This document shows positions 1 to 11,100 of a stretch of 64,000 bases of DNA, in pieces. The notes under the pieces are model-generated. The model was not told the origin of the DNA. It did no database searches and was given only the letters and a program-made list of their open reading frames with translations. Positions within the stretch are counted from its first letter, which is position 1. Each line of letters starts with the position of its first letter. The position numbers were made by a program, and so were the translations under genes. This stretch comes from Candidatus Omnitrophota bacterium (GTDB lineage Bacteria; Omnitrophota; Gorgyraeia; B26-G9; JBDRCZ01), in the NCBI GenBank assembly GCA_043821285.1, contig JBDRCZ010000040.1, forward strand, positions 582-64,581, read 5' to 3'.

Positions 1-3000
1 CATATGTTCCCTAAGAAAAGCTACCCACCCTTGTTCTGCGGCTATTTGCATTACCCGCTCACACCACTCATTTCGCAGCCGTTTATGCTTCTTGAAAATA
101 GCATACTCAATAAGCAGTAAAGAAATAATCTCTGCATACAATCGCTTAGTTGAAGCAGCCTGAAAAATTTCTCTCAAACTATTCTTGTTAATTAACCCTG
201 CCCTACTTGCTTCTACTATTATTTCCATGGTTGCTTCACTCATACTAATCTGATACTGCCTAGCAATGTTTTGGACTTGTGGACTTCCCAAAACTTCAGG
301 CGCAGAAGATAAATTTTTAGCTTTTGTTCCCTGCCCACGTAAAGACACCCTAATATCCTTCTGCAGTTTTACAGCCTTTGTGTACTCATCTCTCCTGGCA
401 TGAAAACCACTGATTATTCTTTCTCCTAAATATTTCTCCGCCTCTTTCGGACAAAGGTCTAAAATATACTGACGCGCGTCGTTAACAACTTTCTCATCGC
501 TATCACGTAACACACTCAACACTAATGACTCCACTATTCGTGTCGGGAAGTTTTTCGGCGCAAAGTGCTCACAAATAATATTTTTCTTTGTCTCGATAAT
601 ATTAACCGCTTTTAATCGTCTTCCTTCTTCCTTTTCATTTACCGCGGCCATTAGAAAATGGAACAGTGAATATTGGAGCATTTCTGGCACGAATGCCCAT
701 TGTTCTGCTCTCTCCCGAACATCATCATTCTCTTCATCTAAAGCTGCACTTGCAAAATGTCCCGCGGCATCTCTTACTATTCCCAGTTGAAAGATTAACT
801 CGCCTGCTCTATTACGTAGTTCTTCTTTTTCATCCATAATAGCTGCTCCTACAAGTGGTCCAACGGTTTCTTCTATAAATTTAGGGATAAGTGCCTCGGC
901 TATTGATCGTAATTCTGGAAAATCTTTAAATTCTGGTTCATCTTTAGAAACCGCAAAGCGTACAACCAGCCCTGCGTATTCTTGCAATGGTTCCAGTTTA
1001 TCCAGAGCCAACTCCCAAACACCCCTATCTTTTGAAAAAGTGCTTGCGTTTCTAATGAGCCTTACCGCTCTCCGTCTACGCTCCCTTCTTGTTTCCCATT
1101 CTTTTTTATTAATGCCTGTCCTTATAGTGCCCTGTTCTCGAACACCGGGAGTTTTACCTGGATCTTCTTCGCCTGACATTCTCCTTTCTTCATCGACAAC
1201 AGGTAAAGGCTGTAATGGTTTCCTGCTTCCTGGGAGAATCGTTGTACTGTATGGACTCTTACCTAAGGCAGGGTAGAAACTATAACGTTCAGGAACAGTG
1301 ATACTGCTATCTTGTTTTTTCAAGATGTAAGTATCTACCAATCCCCGCTCTTTTGGACCAATAAATATAGGCATTAAAGTTATATTGATACCCCTTGTTT
1401 TAAATTCTAAGATGATTTCTGAAACTATACTTTCATCCAGCATGTGCTTTAAATTTGGTCCATGAATATATCCTCCATCCTTTGTAACTCGGATAATTTC
1501 AAGCATAACATCAGCCATTTCATCCATATCAATCGCTTCATAGCTTGTAACAATATCTATTGAACTATCCGGTAAAAAATCTAAATTCCGAGCATCCGCC
1601 ACACGAAATTCAACATTAGAAGGTATGTTTCCTTTCCTCCCACGAACCCCTTCATTTTTTAAATTATAAACGACCTTTATAGCCGTAATCGCTATCGAAT
1701 TTTTCCTTAAATCCTCTCTTAACTTTTCATGCCAAATATATGCAGAAATCTCTTGAGCTGCGCGAATAGCATCGGGAACACGATCAATTCCAATTACTTT
1801 CTTAGGATAGCCATATTTATCTATCTTACCAACTGCGGCAAAAAGAACAGGTATCCCTGCTCCACAACCCACATCTAAAATTATCTTCCCATCGAGTTCT
1901 CCTGTGCTTCGATGTATTGCTCCTATTTGCTTGTGTGCGTTAAACGCTCCAAGAGAACAAACTCTTAATGCAGCAAAGTCCTCTGGAGACATTTTTCCCG
2001 GGCTAGTTTCGTATGCAAACCCTACCATTCCCAACCCAAGATAAATCATTAAACCAATAAGACAAGCGCTGATAGCAAAAAGTGGAAGTCCTATCTGATT
2101 TAATCCTAAGCCGAGAATGAAGGCAGCAAATGGCAAGAAACCAAATATCTTAGCTAAAAGTTCATTGTCTCTTGGAAAAAGCACATTCCCCATCTCATAT
2201 AAATTCAGGGATAATTTAACCATGAGCTGCCTAAATGCTGGAAGATTGTTAACAGCTTGACTATAGCTAATGCTCCCAGCCTGCGTCCAGGAAGGCCAAA
2301 CCTCATCATCAGCAAGCGGCAGGCGCCATGCCTTATAATAACCATAAGCCAATACACCCGAAGTACTCATTACCAAGAGTACTGGCAGATTCATCACTAA
2401 TACTGCAGAAAGCTGGGCTAAGATAGAAACATTACTATCAATTTGCATTCCCCCTGCAATGAAATTCCATACCCCGAACAATACTACTCCTATCTCAATA
2501 AGTGCCAAAACTGCATATGTTTTAGCAAAAATCTTTGCCTGTTTTTTTGTTAGGAAAAGTACTGATTCTGCCCTAAGGGGATTTTTAACGCTATGATTAC
2601 GCTGATTAGCTAAGCTTTGGCTTAATCTACTAAAAAATGTCTCACCAAAATGTGTGCAAAAAAAAGCAACAACAATTTCCCCCTTTTTTTTATGTTGTAT
2701 GATATCTTCTCTTCTTACTTCAAGTTCTTCTCTTGAACCAATCTTATTCAAATCAACCCCGAACTTATCTGCCAATTCAAGCAAGAAGATAATTTCTTCT
2801 ACCGCTTTATTTTTATACCCATCTTTATAGCTATTTATTAAATGCTTACGAATCTTCGCTCGCCATTCGCTAAGTAGTTCGCCCTGAAGGAAACGGTATT
2901 CTATAATTACTATAATCGCATTTTTTAAAGCATCGAAAATGTCCTGGGGATAATCCTTAGCAAACGCCAGAAGACGTAACGCAACCTTTTCTTTTTCTCT

Positions 3001-4923
3001 TTCTTTTTCTTTTTTCTCTTCTTTAGATTTCGGTGTTGTAATAGTTGTAATAACTGTTTCTATATCTCGATAAATACCGAACTCACAATATGCTAACAAT
3101 CTTAACAACATCCCCACAGCCCGTCCTTTTTTAGTTAAGGCATAGGCAACAGGTCTATTTTTAATATCTATTTTCTCAATACAACCTGGGGGAACTATAT
3201 CCATTATATTTTGCCCTACAAGGCTAATTTTTTTCTCCGGTACTTCTCCTCCCGCATTTATTTCTCTCGCTATTTCTTTAGGCCGCACTATCGGGTGATG
3301 CTTCCATGTTAAATTAAATAGTGCTATTAAAATCGCTCTTTGTTTTGGATCAAGCGCCGTTACTTCTGATGAAAATCCATCAGACCGCCATAGTTTTTTT
3401 AACTCTTCTGTATCCCGAAGTGCTGGAGCTTCAACAATTCCTGTTTTCTCAATCCCCTTTGGTGTAAGTTCCCACCGCCCCCGATCGGATGAAAGCAACC
3501 CCTCTTTCTTTAACGCCTGCATTACTGCAGCTACTCTTAATTTTTCTATTTCTGCCCCTTCTGATTTTAACCGCTTAAGTTCATCATAAATTTCATCTAA
3601 TGTAGGAAATCGTCCGTTTTTTTCATAATAGCTCACAAATGCCTTGAGTACTAACTTTCTACTAATTATTTTATTTTCTAACGCCATCTCTTTACCATGT
3701 TTATCCTTAACTAAAACAACTTTTTTCCCTTCTCCCCCCTTACATCCAGAAATAACTAATTCTACCTCTGCCCCGGGAGGAAGACTTAACCGCTGCTTAC
3801 TGTTAGGGATATCTAATCTTCCATCTGAAGGGACTCTCGTACGTAGCTGCTCGGTAGAAGCGATGCCATTAAATTCTTCTTTGCCCAGTTTTTCATACCC
3901 CCTTACCAAACAGCCAGTTTTATCATAAATTCGCCACTTTGCTCTTTCGCCAATTAATTGAGCACACAACTCTCCCCTTAGCCTGCGAATAAACTGTTCC
4001 ATTGGTTCTGACTCGTTCCTTGTTATAATAATTGGCTCCCCTTGCAGACTTAAAATCGGCGTATCGTTTTTATAGGTCAAAAAAACCACGCTACTTATTT
4101 CGCCGTTTTTTGTTCTTATCGCAATACAAGCCTCTTCCAGATTAAGCACTGGGAGTAATTCTGTAAAAATAAGGCCACCCGCAAAACTTAACCTTGCGTC
4201 ATCATCCAACCAAGTTATACTTGTTACATCTCCTGTTTCAATGCGTTGTCCATGAATATTCCTAGTAAAAACATACAATAACTTACCTGTGTTATTATCT
4301 ACAACTATTGAACGTCGTACTTCAACAACTTTATCTCCATGAAAAATATACACTATAGTAATCATCTCTTTTTCCCCAGCCACATAGGTCTCATAGACTA
4401 CTTCACTTCCTGCATATTTACTAAATTTAGGATATGGGTTTGATCCTCTTGGCAACTTCCCGTATTTATCTATCACAGCTTTTCCAATTATTTTTCCACC
4501 ATATTTAATTGTAATCTCTTCAGATAACCCGGCAATCCAAACCGCATCTTTTTTTACCGGTATTTCTAAAACCGCTGGGTCCTCAATGTCTCCGGAAACA
4601 ACAAACACCCGCTCCCGATGATTATCATCAATTTTAATAAAAAGCTTGTTTTGTAATACTGCGGAATAAATAACATTAAGGCCGCTTAAAGATTGTTTAT
4701 GCTTCGCACCTTGCCTAATCTGCCGGTATGCCCGGCGTAAGTTTATACTAAGCTCTACTTCTTTTGCAACATCCGGGCCGGAGATATTTATCGCCGGGGC
4801 AAGATGAGTAAATACCCCCTTCAGATTGCCACCCGCAGCCCATGAAATGTCCAGGCAGAAGAAGGCATTTATTAATATTATGGCTATTAGCCTGAACCAA
4901 ATTGTGCGTGCCAAATTATTCAT
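1..4923 (-). CDS. Large secreted multidomain protein, family member A (3'-partial, >1641 aa): signal peptide, AbrB-like and winged-HTH domains, membrane module, class I SAM methyltransferase, HEAT-like repeats
   Basis: ATG at 4923 reads MNNLARTIWFRLIAIILINAFFCLDISWAAGGNLKGVFTHLAPAINISG. The same frame is coding at position 1 (...QGWVAFLREHM). Missing from the ORF track, consistent with no stop inside the window. Motifs: YYEKNGRFPTLDEI...LKKEGLLSSDRGRWELTPKG (wHTH, ~3440-3660); IILDVGCGAG...FRVADARNLDFLPDSSIDIV...EIIRVTKDGG (MTase, ~1460-1890). Confidence 0.9.
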   Translation of the reverse strand, partial: MNNLARTIWFRLIAIILINAFFCLDISWAAGGNLKGVFTHLAPAINISGPDVAKEVELSINLRRAYRQIRQGAKHKQSLSGLNVIYSAVLQNKLFIKIDDNHRERVFVVSGDIEDPAVLEIPVKKDAVWIAGLSEEITIKYGGKIIGKAVIDKYGKLPRGSNPYPKFSKYAGSEVVYETYVAGEKEMITIVYIFHGDKVVEVRRSIVVDNNTGKLLYVFTRNIHGQRIETGDVTSITWLDDDARLSFAGGLIFTELLPVLNLEEACIAIRTKNGEISSVVFLTYKNDTPILSLQGEPIIITRNESEPMEQFIRRLRGELCAQLIGERAKWRIYDKTGCLVRGYEKLGKEEFNGIASTEQLRTRVPSDGRLDIPNSKQRLSLPPGAEVELVISGCKGGEGKKVVLVKDKHGKEMALENKIISRKLVLKAFVSYYEKNGRFPTLDEIYDELKRLKSEGAEIEKLRVAAVMQALKKEGLLSSDRGRWELTPKGIEKTGIVEAPALRDTEELKKLWRSDGFSSEVTALDPKQRAILIALFNLTWKHHPIVRPKEIAREINAGGEVPEKKISLVGQNIMDIVPPGCIEKIDIKNRPVAYALTKKGRAVGMLLRLLAYCEFGIYRDIETVITTITTPKSKEEKKEKEREKEKVALRLLAFAKDYPQDIFDALKNAIIVIIEYRFLQGELLSEWRAKIRKHLINSYKDGYKNKAVEEIIFLLELADKFGVDLNKIGSREELEVRREDIIQHKKKGEIVVAFFCTHFGETFFSRLSQSLANQRNHSVKNPLRAESVLFLTKKQAKIFAKTYAVLALIEIGVVLFGVWNFIAGGMQIDSNVSILAQLSAVLVMNLPVLLVMSTSGVLAYGYYKAWRLPLADDEVWPSWTQAGSISYSQAVNNLPAFRQLMVKLSLNLYEMGNVLFPRDNELLAKIFGFLPFAAFILGLGLNQIGLPLFAISACLIGLMIYLGLGMVGFAYETSPGKMSPEDFAALRVCSLGAFNAHKQIGAIHRSTGELDGKIILDVGCGAGIPVLFAAVGKIDKYGYPKKVIGIDRVPDAIRAAQEISAYIWHEKLREDLRKNSIAITAIKVVYNLKNEGVRGRKGNIPSNVEFRVADARNLDFLPDSSIDIVTSYEAIDMDEMADVMLEIIRVTKDGGYIHGPNLKHMLDESIVSEIILEFKTRGINITLMPIFIGPKERGLVDTYILKKQDSSITVPERYSFYPALGKSPYSTTILPGSRKPLQPLPVVDEERRMSGEEDPGKTPGVREQGTIRTGINKKEWETRRERRRRAVRLIRNASTFSKDRGVWELALDKLEPLQEYAGLVVRFAVSKDEPEFKDFPELRSIAEALIPKFIEETVGPLVGAAIMDEKEELRNRAGELIFQLGIVRDAAGHFASAALDEENDDVRERAEQWAFVPEMLQYSLFHFLMAAVNEKEEGRRLKAVNIIETKKNIICEHFAPKNFPTRIVESLVLSVLRDSDEKVVNDARQYILDLCPKEAEKYLGERIISGFHARRDEYTKAVKLQKDIRVSLRGQGTKAKNLSSAPEVLGSPQVQNIARQYQISMSEATMEIIVEASRAGLINKNSLREIFQAASTKRLYAEIISLLLIEYAIFKKHKRLRNEWCERVMQIAAEQGWVAFLREHM

Positions 4924-5109
4924 ATGTTATGTCCTCTTAGTTAATTTCAAATGCCAAATCTCAAATGAATCATCCAATAAACAAATATTTTAATCTCAAT
5001 TTCTAATTAACCTAATACTTCTCGTATCGTGTATTGAGTATCGAGTATTGAGTTTTTTATTGTAGTTTTTTTATGCTCAATACGCAATACGCAATACTCA
5101 CGACGGTAC
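4924..5109 (-). repeat. Conserved intergenic leader/hairpin unit of the array (copy upstream of member A)
   Basis: ttaatttcaaatgccaaat...gaatcatccaataaacaaatattttaatctcaatttctaattaacctaat followed by a GTATTGA/TCAATAC heptamer inverted repeat. Near-identical copies at ~13715, ~21887 and ~27632. Confidence 0.9.
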
Positions 5110-8100
5110 CTAAATCGCACTTTCCACTAATCCCAACTCTACTATCTGCTTCAGCCCCAGTTCTTCAACAGGGCCGGCCAGCACCCCTTCCCACTGCTGC
5201 GGGGAAACATTAACCCATGCCTCTACAATATCCAGAATATCTTGTGGTTGCCATAAACCAAAAACAAATGCGTCTACCTTTTTCTCCAAAACATCACTTC
5301 TAAGGAACACCCCTCCCGCTAAAGGGACTAAAACGCTTACAAATCCTCTGCTGTGCATTTCTGCCGCGTGGCTATTGCTAGAAGAATATATCTTCCACGA
5401 ATTCCCAAAATGCATAATTTGACCTGGCAAAAGTCCTAACTCCTCAACATAACGTTGAAGCAATGGACCATTCAAAACGTCTTTATAACAATAGTCAACA
5501 TACTCGGCAATCTCCGGATGTTTGTTTTTTACATTGCTAAACCATCGCAACACATTAGGATTCCTGATGGTTATGGCAACGCGCAGTCCCATAGACTTAA
5601 GATTTTTAAAAAGCTCTAATAATCCCTCTATTCCATAACCCTGCAGCACCTTTTCCAAAACCTCTTCAAATTCAAAGGAAACTAATTTGATATCCTGCTG
5701 TGGCGGATGAATAATAAAATAATTACCTGTTTGGGGCATTCTCTGGTAAAGTTCTTCTTCTCTAATAACTCTTGGCTGTCCGTGCTTATTATAGACCACT
5801 ATCTGATCCAATAAATCATCGGAAAGCGGTCTGTAATTTAAACAGTGAATTATCCTTCTTAAAATCTCACGATGCTCTTGCCCGCGCGAATAATAATTGC
5901 TGTTGAGGTTAATAAAAAGCTCAAAGGAAATACCTAATTCCGCCAGTTTAATTTCTAATGCTGTTTTAAATTCTTCCCCATAAACCTCAAAATTTAGATC
6001 TTCACAATACCTGACTATCTTATCTAATATTACCCGGTAGTTTATAAGATAGCGCATTATCTCCCCTCTTTCCGCTTCCCCGCGCAAAAAGCGCTCAAAC
6101 ATAGCTAATATTTCTCTTTCAAACGCTGTGATTCTGCTTGCCCTACTTGCCATGGCTGCTTCCCACTGTTTTTGGTCCCGCAATGCACTGATTCCACGCA
6201 AGGCACGCGGGGTACGTTGCTCAGGCTCTGCTTGTCCATCTAAACTCTCTGCCAAAGGAACACTTCCCAAATATATCTTCCCACTATTATGATAAACAAG
6301 CTGATTTTCATGCCCATCAATACTAATAACTCTGCCGTCTTCCATTTTGTGCTCGCCCAGATACCATCCTTTCCTCTCCTCTTCGTCATAAAATTTCATA
6401 TTCGCTACCCCATAAACAGCAGTAATCCCATATGTTTGAGCAAGGGTTTCTGCATGAACAGAAATAATCTGTGCAACAATATGCACACCCCGAGGAATAC
6501 GGTTTATCATCTGCGGATTAACTCTATCCAAAAATAAAATCACACCATCTACGTCTTCTGGCTGTTCACGTTCATACTTCTCTAATAATTCTTCCGCCGC
6601 CTCAGCGGAATTAGCCACCCATCCGCGAAAAGCACCGCCGCTTACCCCGTGTCCGCGGGCAATTGGTTCATAATCCGGTGAATCCACAAATTCCGGATAA
6701 TCATCTTGAATAATATCGTCATTAGTCTGCGTAAGCCACAACTTCCCGAGTTCTACTGTAAACTCAAAGTGTTGATTATTCCCGAATATCTCTTTCAGCT
6801 GATAAGCATAAGCTAATATCTCTTGGTATATCTCTGGCTGTAATTCCTCAAGTGTCTGTTCGTGTTCAAATACCCTCTCTGTATTACTTAAAAGCACATA
6901 ATTCTGACCCGCCCGGCTCATTACCTGGTCTCCCGTAGATTGAAACCTAAATCTTCCCTGAACCACTTCTCTGCCATCAGGCAAAATTCTTAAAGCCGCA
7001 GCTCCTGCCCCGGATATTTTCCCATCTGCTGTTGGTGATAAATTGCCAAATACCCCTTTCTGCAATATAACTACGCTCCCCCATTCCTGCGAAATCCTGT
7101 GCCGCGCACGATACTCCTGAGCCTCGGCAGAATCCCAGGAAGCATAGACAGTATCAATTGCCAGCATTACTTGAACAATCATATCCTCCGGTATCTGTGC
7201 TCCTTTTCCATGTGTACTCACAATTTCTTTGTAACGCTCACATACCCTAATCATTTCTTCTCCAGACATATCATCCTTTTCATAAATATTAAGCACCTCT
7301 TCAAAATATTCCTCCGGAATTCCCAAAATATGAATAGCATACGCCCGGATAAACTCTGCATAAGTATCATAGGCAAACCATACGTCCCCGGTCTGTTCTG
7401 CTAACTCCTGTGCTTCTTTATCATTCATCCCTAAATTAGGTATCGTAACTAAAAGTCCGGGCAGGGCAAACGCCGAGCCGTTGCGCGCGTATAACAATAA
7501 TTTAAGCTCCGGATACTTTGAATATTCTCTTAACCGGGCAATCTCTCCCTCTACCTCTTCTTTGAATTCTTCTGATTTAGAGATCTCTGGCCGGGTAATT
7601 AACCTTGCGCTGATAACCACCCCCGGAGGAACCGGTATACCCTGCTCAGTCATCCAAACTAAATTAAGCCCCTTCTTACTCCACAGAGAAAGCAGGCGCT
7701 CGCGGGGAATTACATCTTCTTCTTGGCCAAATCTAAAAAACTGCTCTTCCATGACAATCTCATCCGTAGAGTCTCCGCCATCTATAAATTCATCATTACC
7801 CAAAGTCAGCTCATTCTCTAATATCTGATTAAACCGCATCAGCGCATCATCAAAGGCAAGTATTCCGGTATCGCGAATCAGCCCATCAATAAACTCACTC
7901 GCAGCTTGCTCTTTTCCTTCTTCACTAATAACTTCGCTTTCACCCCCAAATTCATCTATTCTTTTTTCAGTTTTTATTCTATCTTGCCACTCCTGTGTTA
8001 AATCCGCTAATTGCAGATTATCCCAGAAATGCCCCATTGCAAAGCGCATGTTTTCATTAATCTTGCGATTAATCTTATGCACTTCTGTACGTAATGCCCT

Positions 8101-11100
8101 GACTAAATCATGCACCTGGGAATATTTCATTCTGCCGTGCTCAAGTTCTTCAATAAACTGCGCAAAATCTATTCCTCCTAAGCCAGATGCATGCATAAAT
8201 TTTGCCATCGAAACTAAACTAGGAACATATTCTTTCAAGTCTTCCATGTCCTGGCATTGATTAATCTCTTCCAACCCCCTTACAATCATCTCTTTCCCCA
8301 ACATAAACATATTATAATCTAATTTCATCAACTCCTCTTTGTTCTCCAGACGATCATTCCGGTCAAATAACAAGTGCTGTCTGATTGCCCTCCGGCACTC
8401 AGCTATTGCCGAAAGAACAGCCTTATGTCCATCAGTATCAATAACCGAAATAAGCTGTGCATATTCCTGCTGCATAAATGATGTCAGTTCCAACATGTTT
8501 TTCTTGCGCCCCTCTCTCTCATTTTCCGCCCCAATTTCTCCTTTTATCTTAGGAACAATAGCCGCGGCAACCACACCATAACGCTCACTCAATGCATAAT
8601 ATAGCCGGATCATATACTCAACCTTCTCTAAGTCAGATGCCTGCGCATCTGGATTAGCTTCATGCAATGCCTTTATGACATCCTCTTCAGACATATTAAG
8701 AATTTCTGCTAAAAAACTATCCCCGGCTAATGATTTTATCTGCCCATTTTCCAAAAGTTTATTCAGCATTTGGTTAATTATTTCGGAATATGTTCGAGTC
8801 TTTTCCGCTCCAATATCTTTTTTTAAATTAGCAATAAGCTCATCTTTAGAATCTCGTATCATATCCTCATTTAATGCCTTCCAAAAATATAAAACTGTTT
8901 TTATTGTGCGCCGGTCTCTTGAACTTCCAGCGTGGTGGATTCTATTTCTTAACAAGGAAAACCATGTACGGCCATATTCTCCTGCATAACCAGCCCCACT
9001 ATCGAGCATAATAGTATTTCTAACTATCCGGTTATCAATAGCAGCATTTGTAACCCCTCCTTTTTTTCTTCTTTCTTCCATCTTTAAAAGATAATAATAG
9101 ATATTTTGTGATTCAGGGGTCAATAGATTAATTGTAGGTCCACGCCCACTCAACAGCTGAAGCAAGTGACTATCTTCTCTCCTCCATAATGGCTCAGCTT
9201 CTATTCCCACTAAATTAGCCTGTAAAAGACAAAAACTTGCTACTGCTTCTTTTTTGTATCGAACATTTTCTAAAAGGCTAAACAATAACGCAAGGTTTTT
9301 TCTACCTATTCTGAGTCTAAAAAGAACATCCATGGCCTTATAGGTTTTCTCTATATCTTTCTCCCTAAAAATTCTTGCTATCGTACGAAATGTGTCGATA
9401 TTAGAATTAAACAACAAAGCCGCCAAAACCTCCAGAAACCGTTCATTTTCCTCCTTAGTATTATTTGCATCAAGATAAAACTCCCAGAACATATCCTCTA
9501 CTCCCTCTACAAAAATTTCTCCTAACCTTAAAAGCATTATTCCTGTATCTATATCAGTTTCTAAGACAAATCTTCTTAAATAATTCTTTAAGGTTTCTGG
9601 TAATAATAATCCAAAAATACTGTGAATATCGCTTGCATCAACACCCAATTGTTCTTTTAAAAAGTAGTTTTCTTCGGACTTCATCTCATCCATCCTATCA
9701 TTCAACTTGCTTAATCTATCCCATCGCTGATTATATGTTTGTATCACTGAACCCAGTTCTTCAAATGAACATATTGGTGTGGTTTGCTGAATGATCTTTT
9801 TCAAAACACCTTCTATCGGGCTATAACCCGCCTCATAAAGCCTTACACTGATTACAAAGGGGGCAATATCTACCAGCACAGGATAGTCAATATCTTGTAT
9901 TATTGACCTAATCTTTTCATTTAAATCTTCTGGAACATCCCATGCGCCTACTAACCCCTGTTCTTTATCAAGCAGTACTTTAAAATGCCTCTTGGATTTT
10001 ATCTCTTCTTCAGCAGAGTCAAACTGATTAGCCGCATTCCCAATCGTCTCAAACTGGCCATAAAAGACAAAGGTTTGATCAGCCCTTAACATCTCCTGCA
10101 TTTTCCCTTGCCATTGCCATTGCCTATTCTCGCACTCAGCAGGATAATCGCTTTTATCAGTAAACACGGGAATAACCCCGCTATCTTCTCCAAGCACTGC
10201 TTGTATTATCTCAAGATAATCCACCCCATTCTTGGTTCGTGCCATTTGGTCAATAAACTCACGCAGAAAAATCTGCAACCTGCTTTTCCAAAGGACTCCC
10301 TCTGCATCTCTATAATAATTTTCCCTAAATATGTATTGCTGTATTTGCCTTGCCGCTTGATGTCCGGCTTTATAACATATTGCCTCATGGAAAAACAGTT
10401 CTGCTAAAAGTTCCATCGGCATTGTACTGATAAACTCCCCAGCTGCCCCAATCTCATTTTCATCACCATACGCCAGGGCAAAATCCTCTTTAGTATATAC
10501 TATTGCCGGAAATGAAAATAAGGCATTGTTTTCATACAACTCTTCAAGATGCTCCAACCCTGTTTTTGCCTGATCTAAATATTTTGGCAGGTTTTCCCTT
10601 TCCCATGCTGTTTGAGCCTGTGGGATATTTGTTTCAAACTCTTCAATTTTAGACCGGATATACTCTATAATCTCGTCAAAATTGGCAATATCAACCGGGG
10701 TAAGCTTACCTCTCTGCTCTTTCCTTATTGTTGCCAATTCCCCAGGTGCCTCCCCACCTCGAGATTGAACAAATCCATGATTATCTGTTTGTGCATTTGG
10801 TGCTATTTTGTTACCCTGAATATCGAATATATGCCCCCTTAACTCTGGGTGAGCGTCAATGATTTCCCGCAAAAGTTCAGCCGCAAATTCATGACTAAAG
10901 TAAAATTCTCCTGCAAAACGTTGAGGAGTATAATTTTCCCCTCGCTGCATTTGCTCAATAGCCTCCTGTTTTGCCTCTTCTATGGTGTAGATTGTTTCAA
11001 AAGGTTCCCTAAACCCTAAAAGAAGTATTCTTAAGAAAAGCAAAAAATTCTGTCGCTCAGAAAAAGGTAAATGAACAACGTGTATCCCGAATCTTGAAAG

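Noticed and set aside
5020-5102. CRISPR array from periodic repeats (also 48750-48870)
   Set aside because: Units are 6-9 bp degenerate tandem/inverted repeats without unique spacers; no cas genes.
6260-7700. Housekeeping ppdK gene
   Set aside because: Embedded in a 2861-aa signal-peptide protein, motifs are divergent, and the C-terminal PEP/pyruvate barrel is absent.
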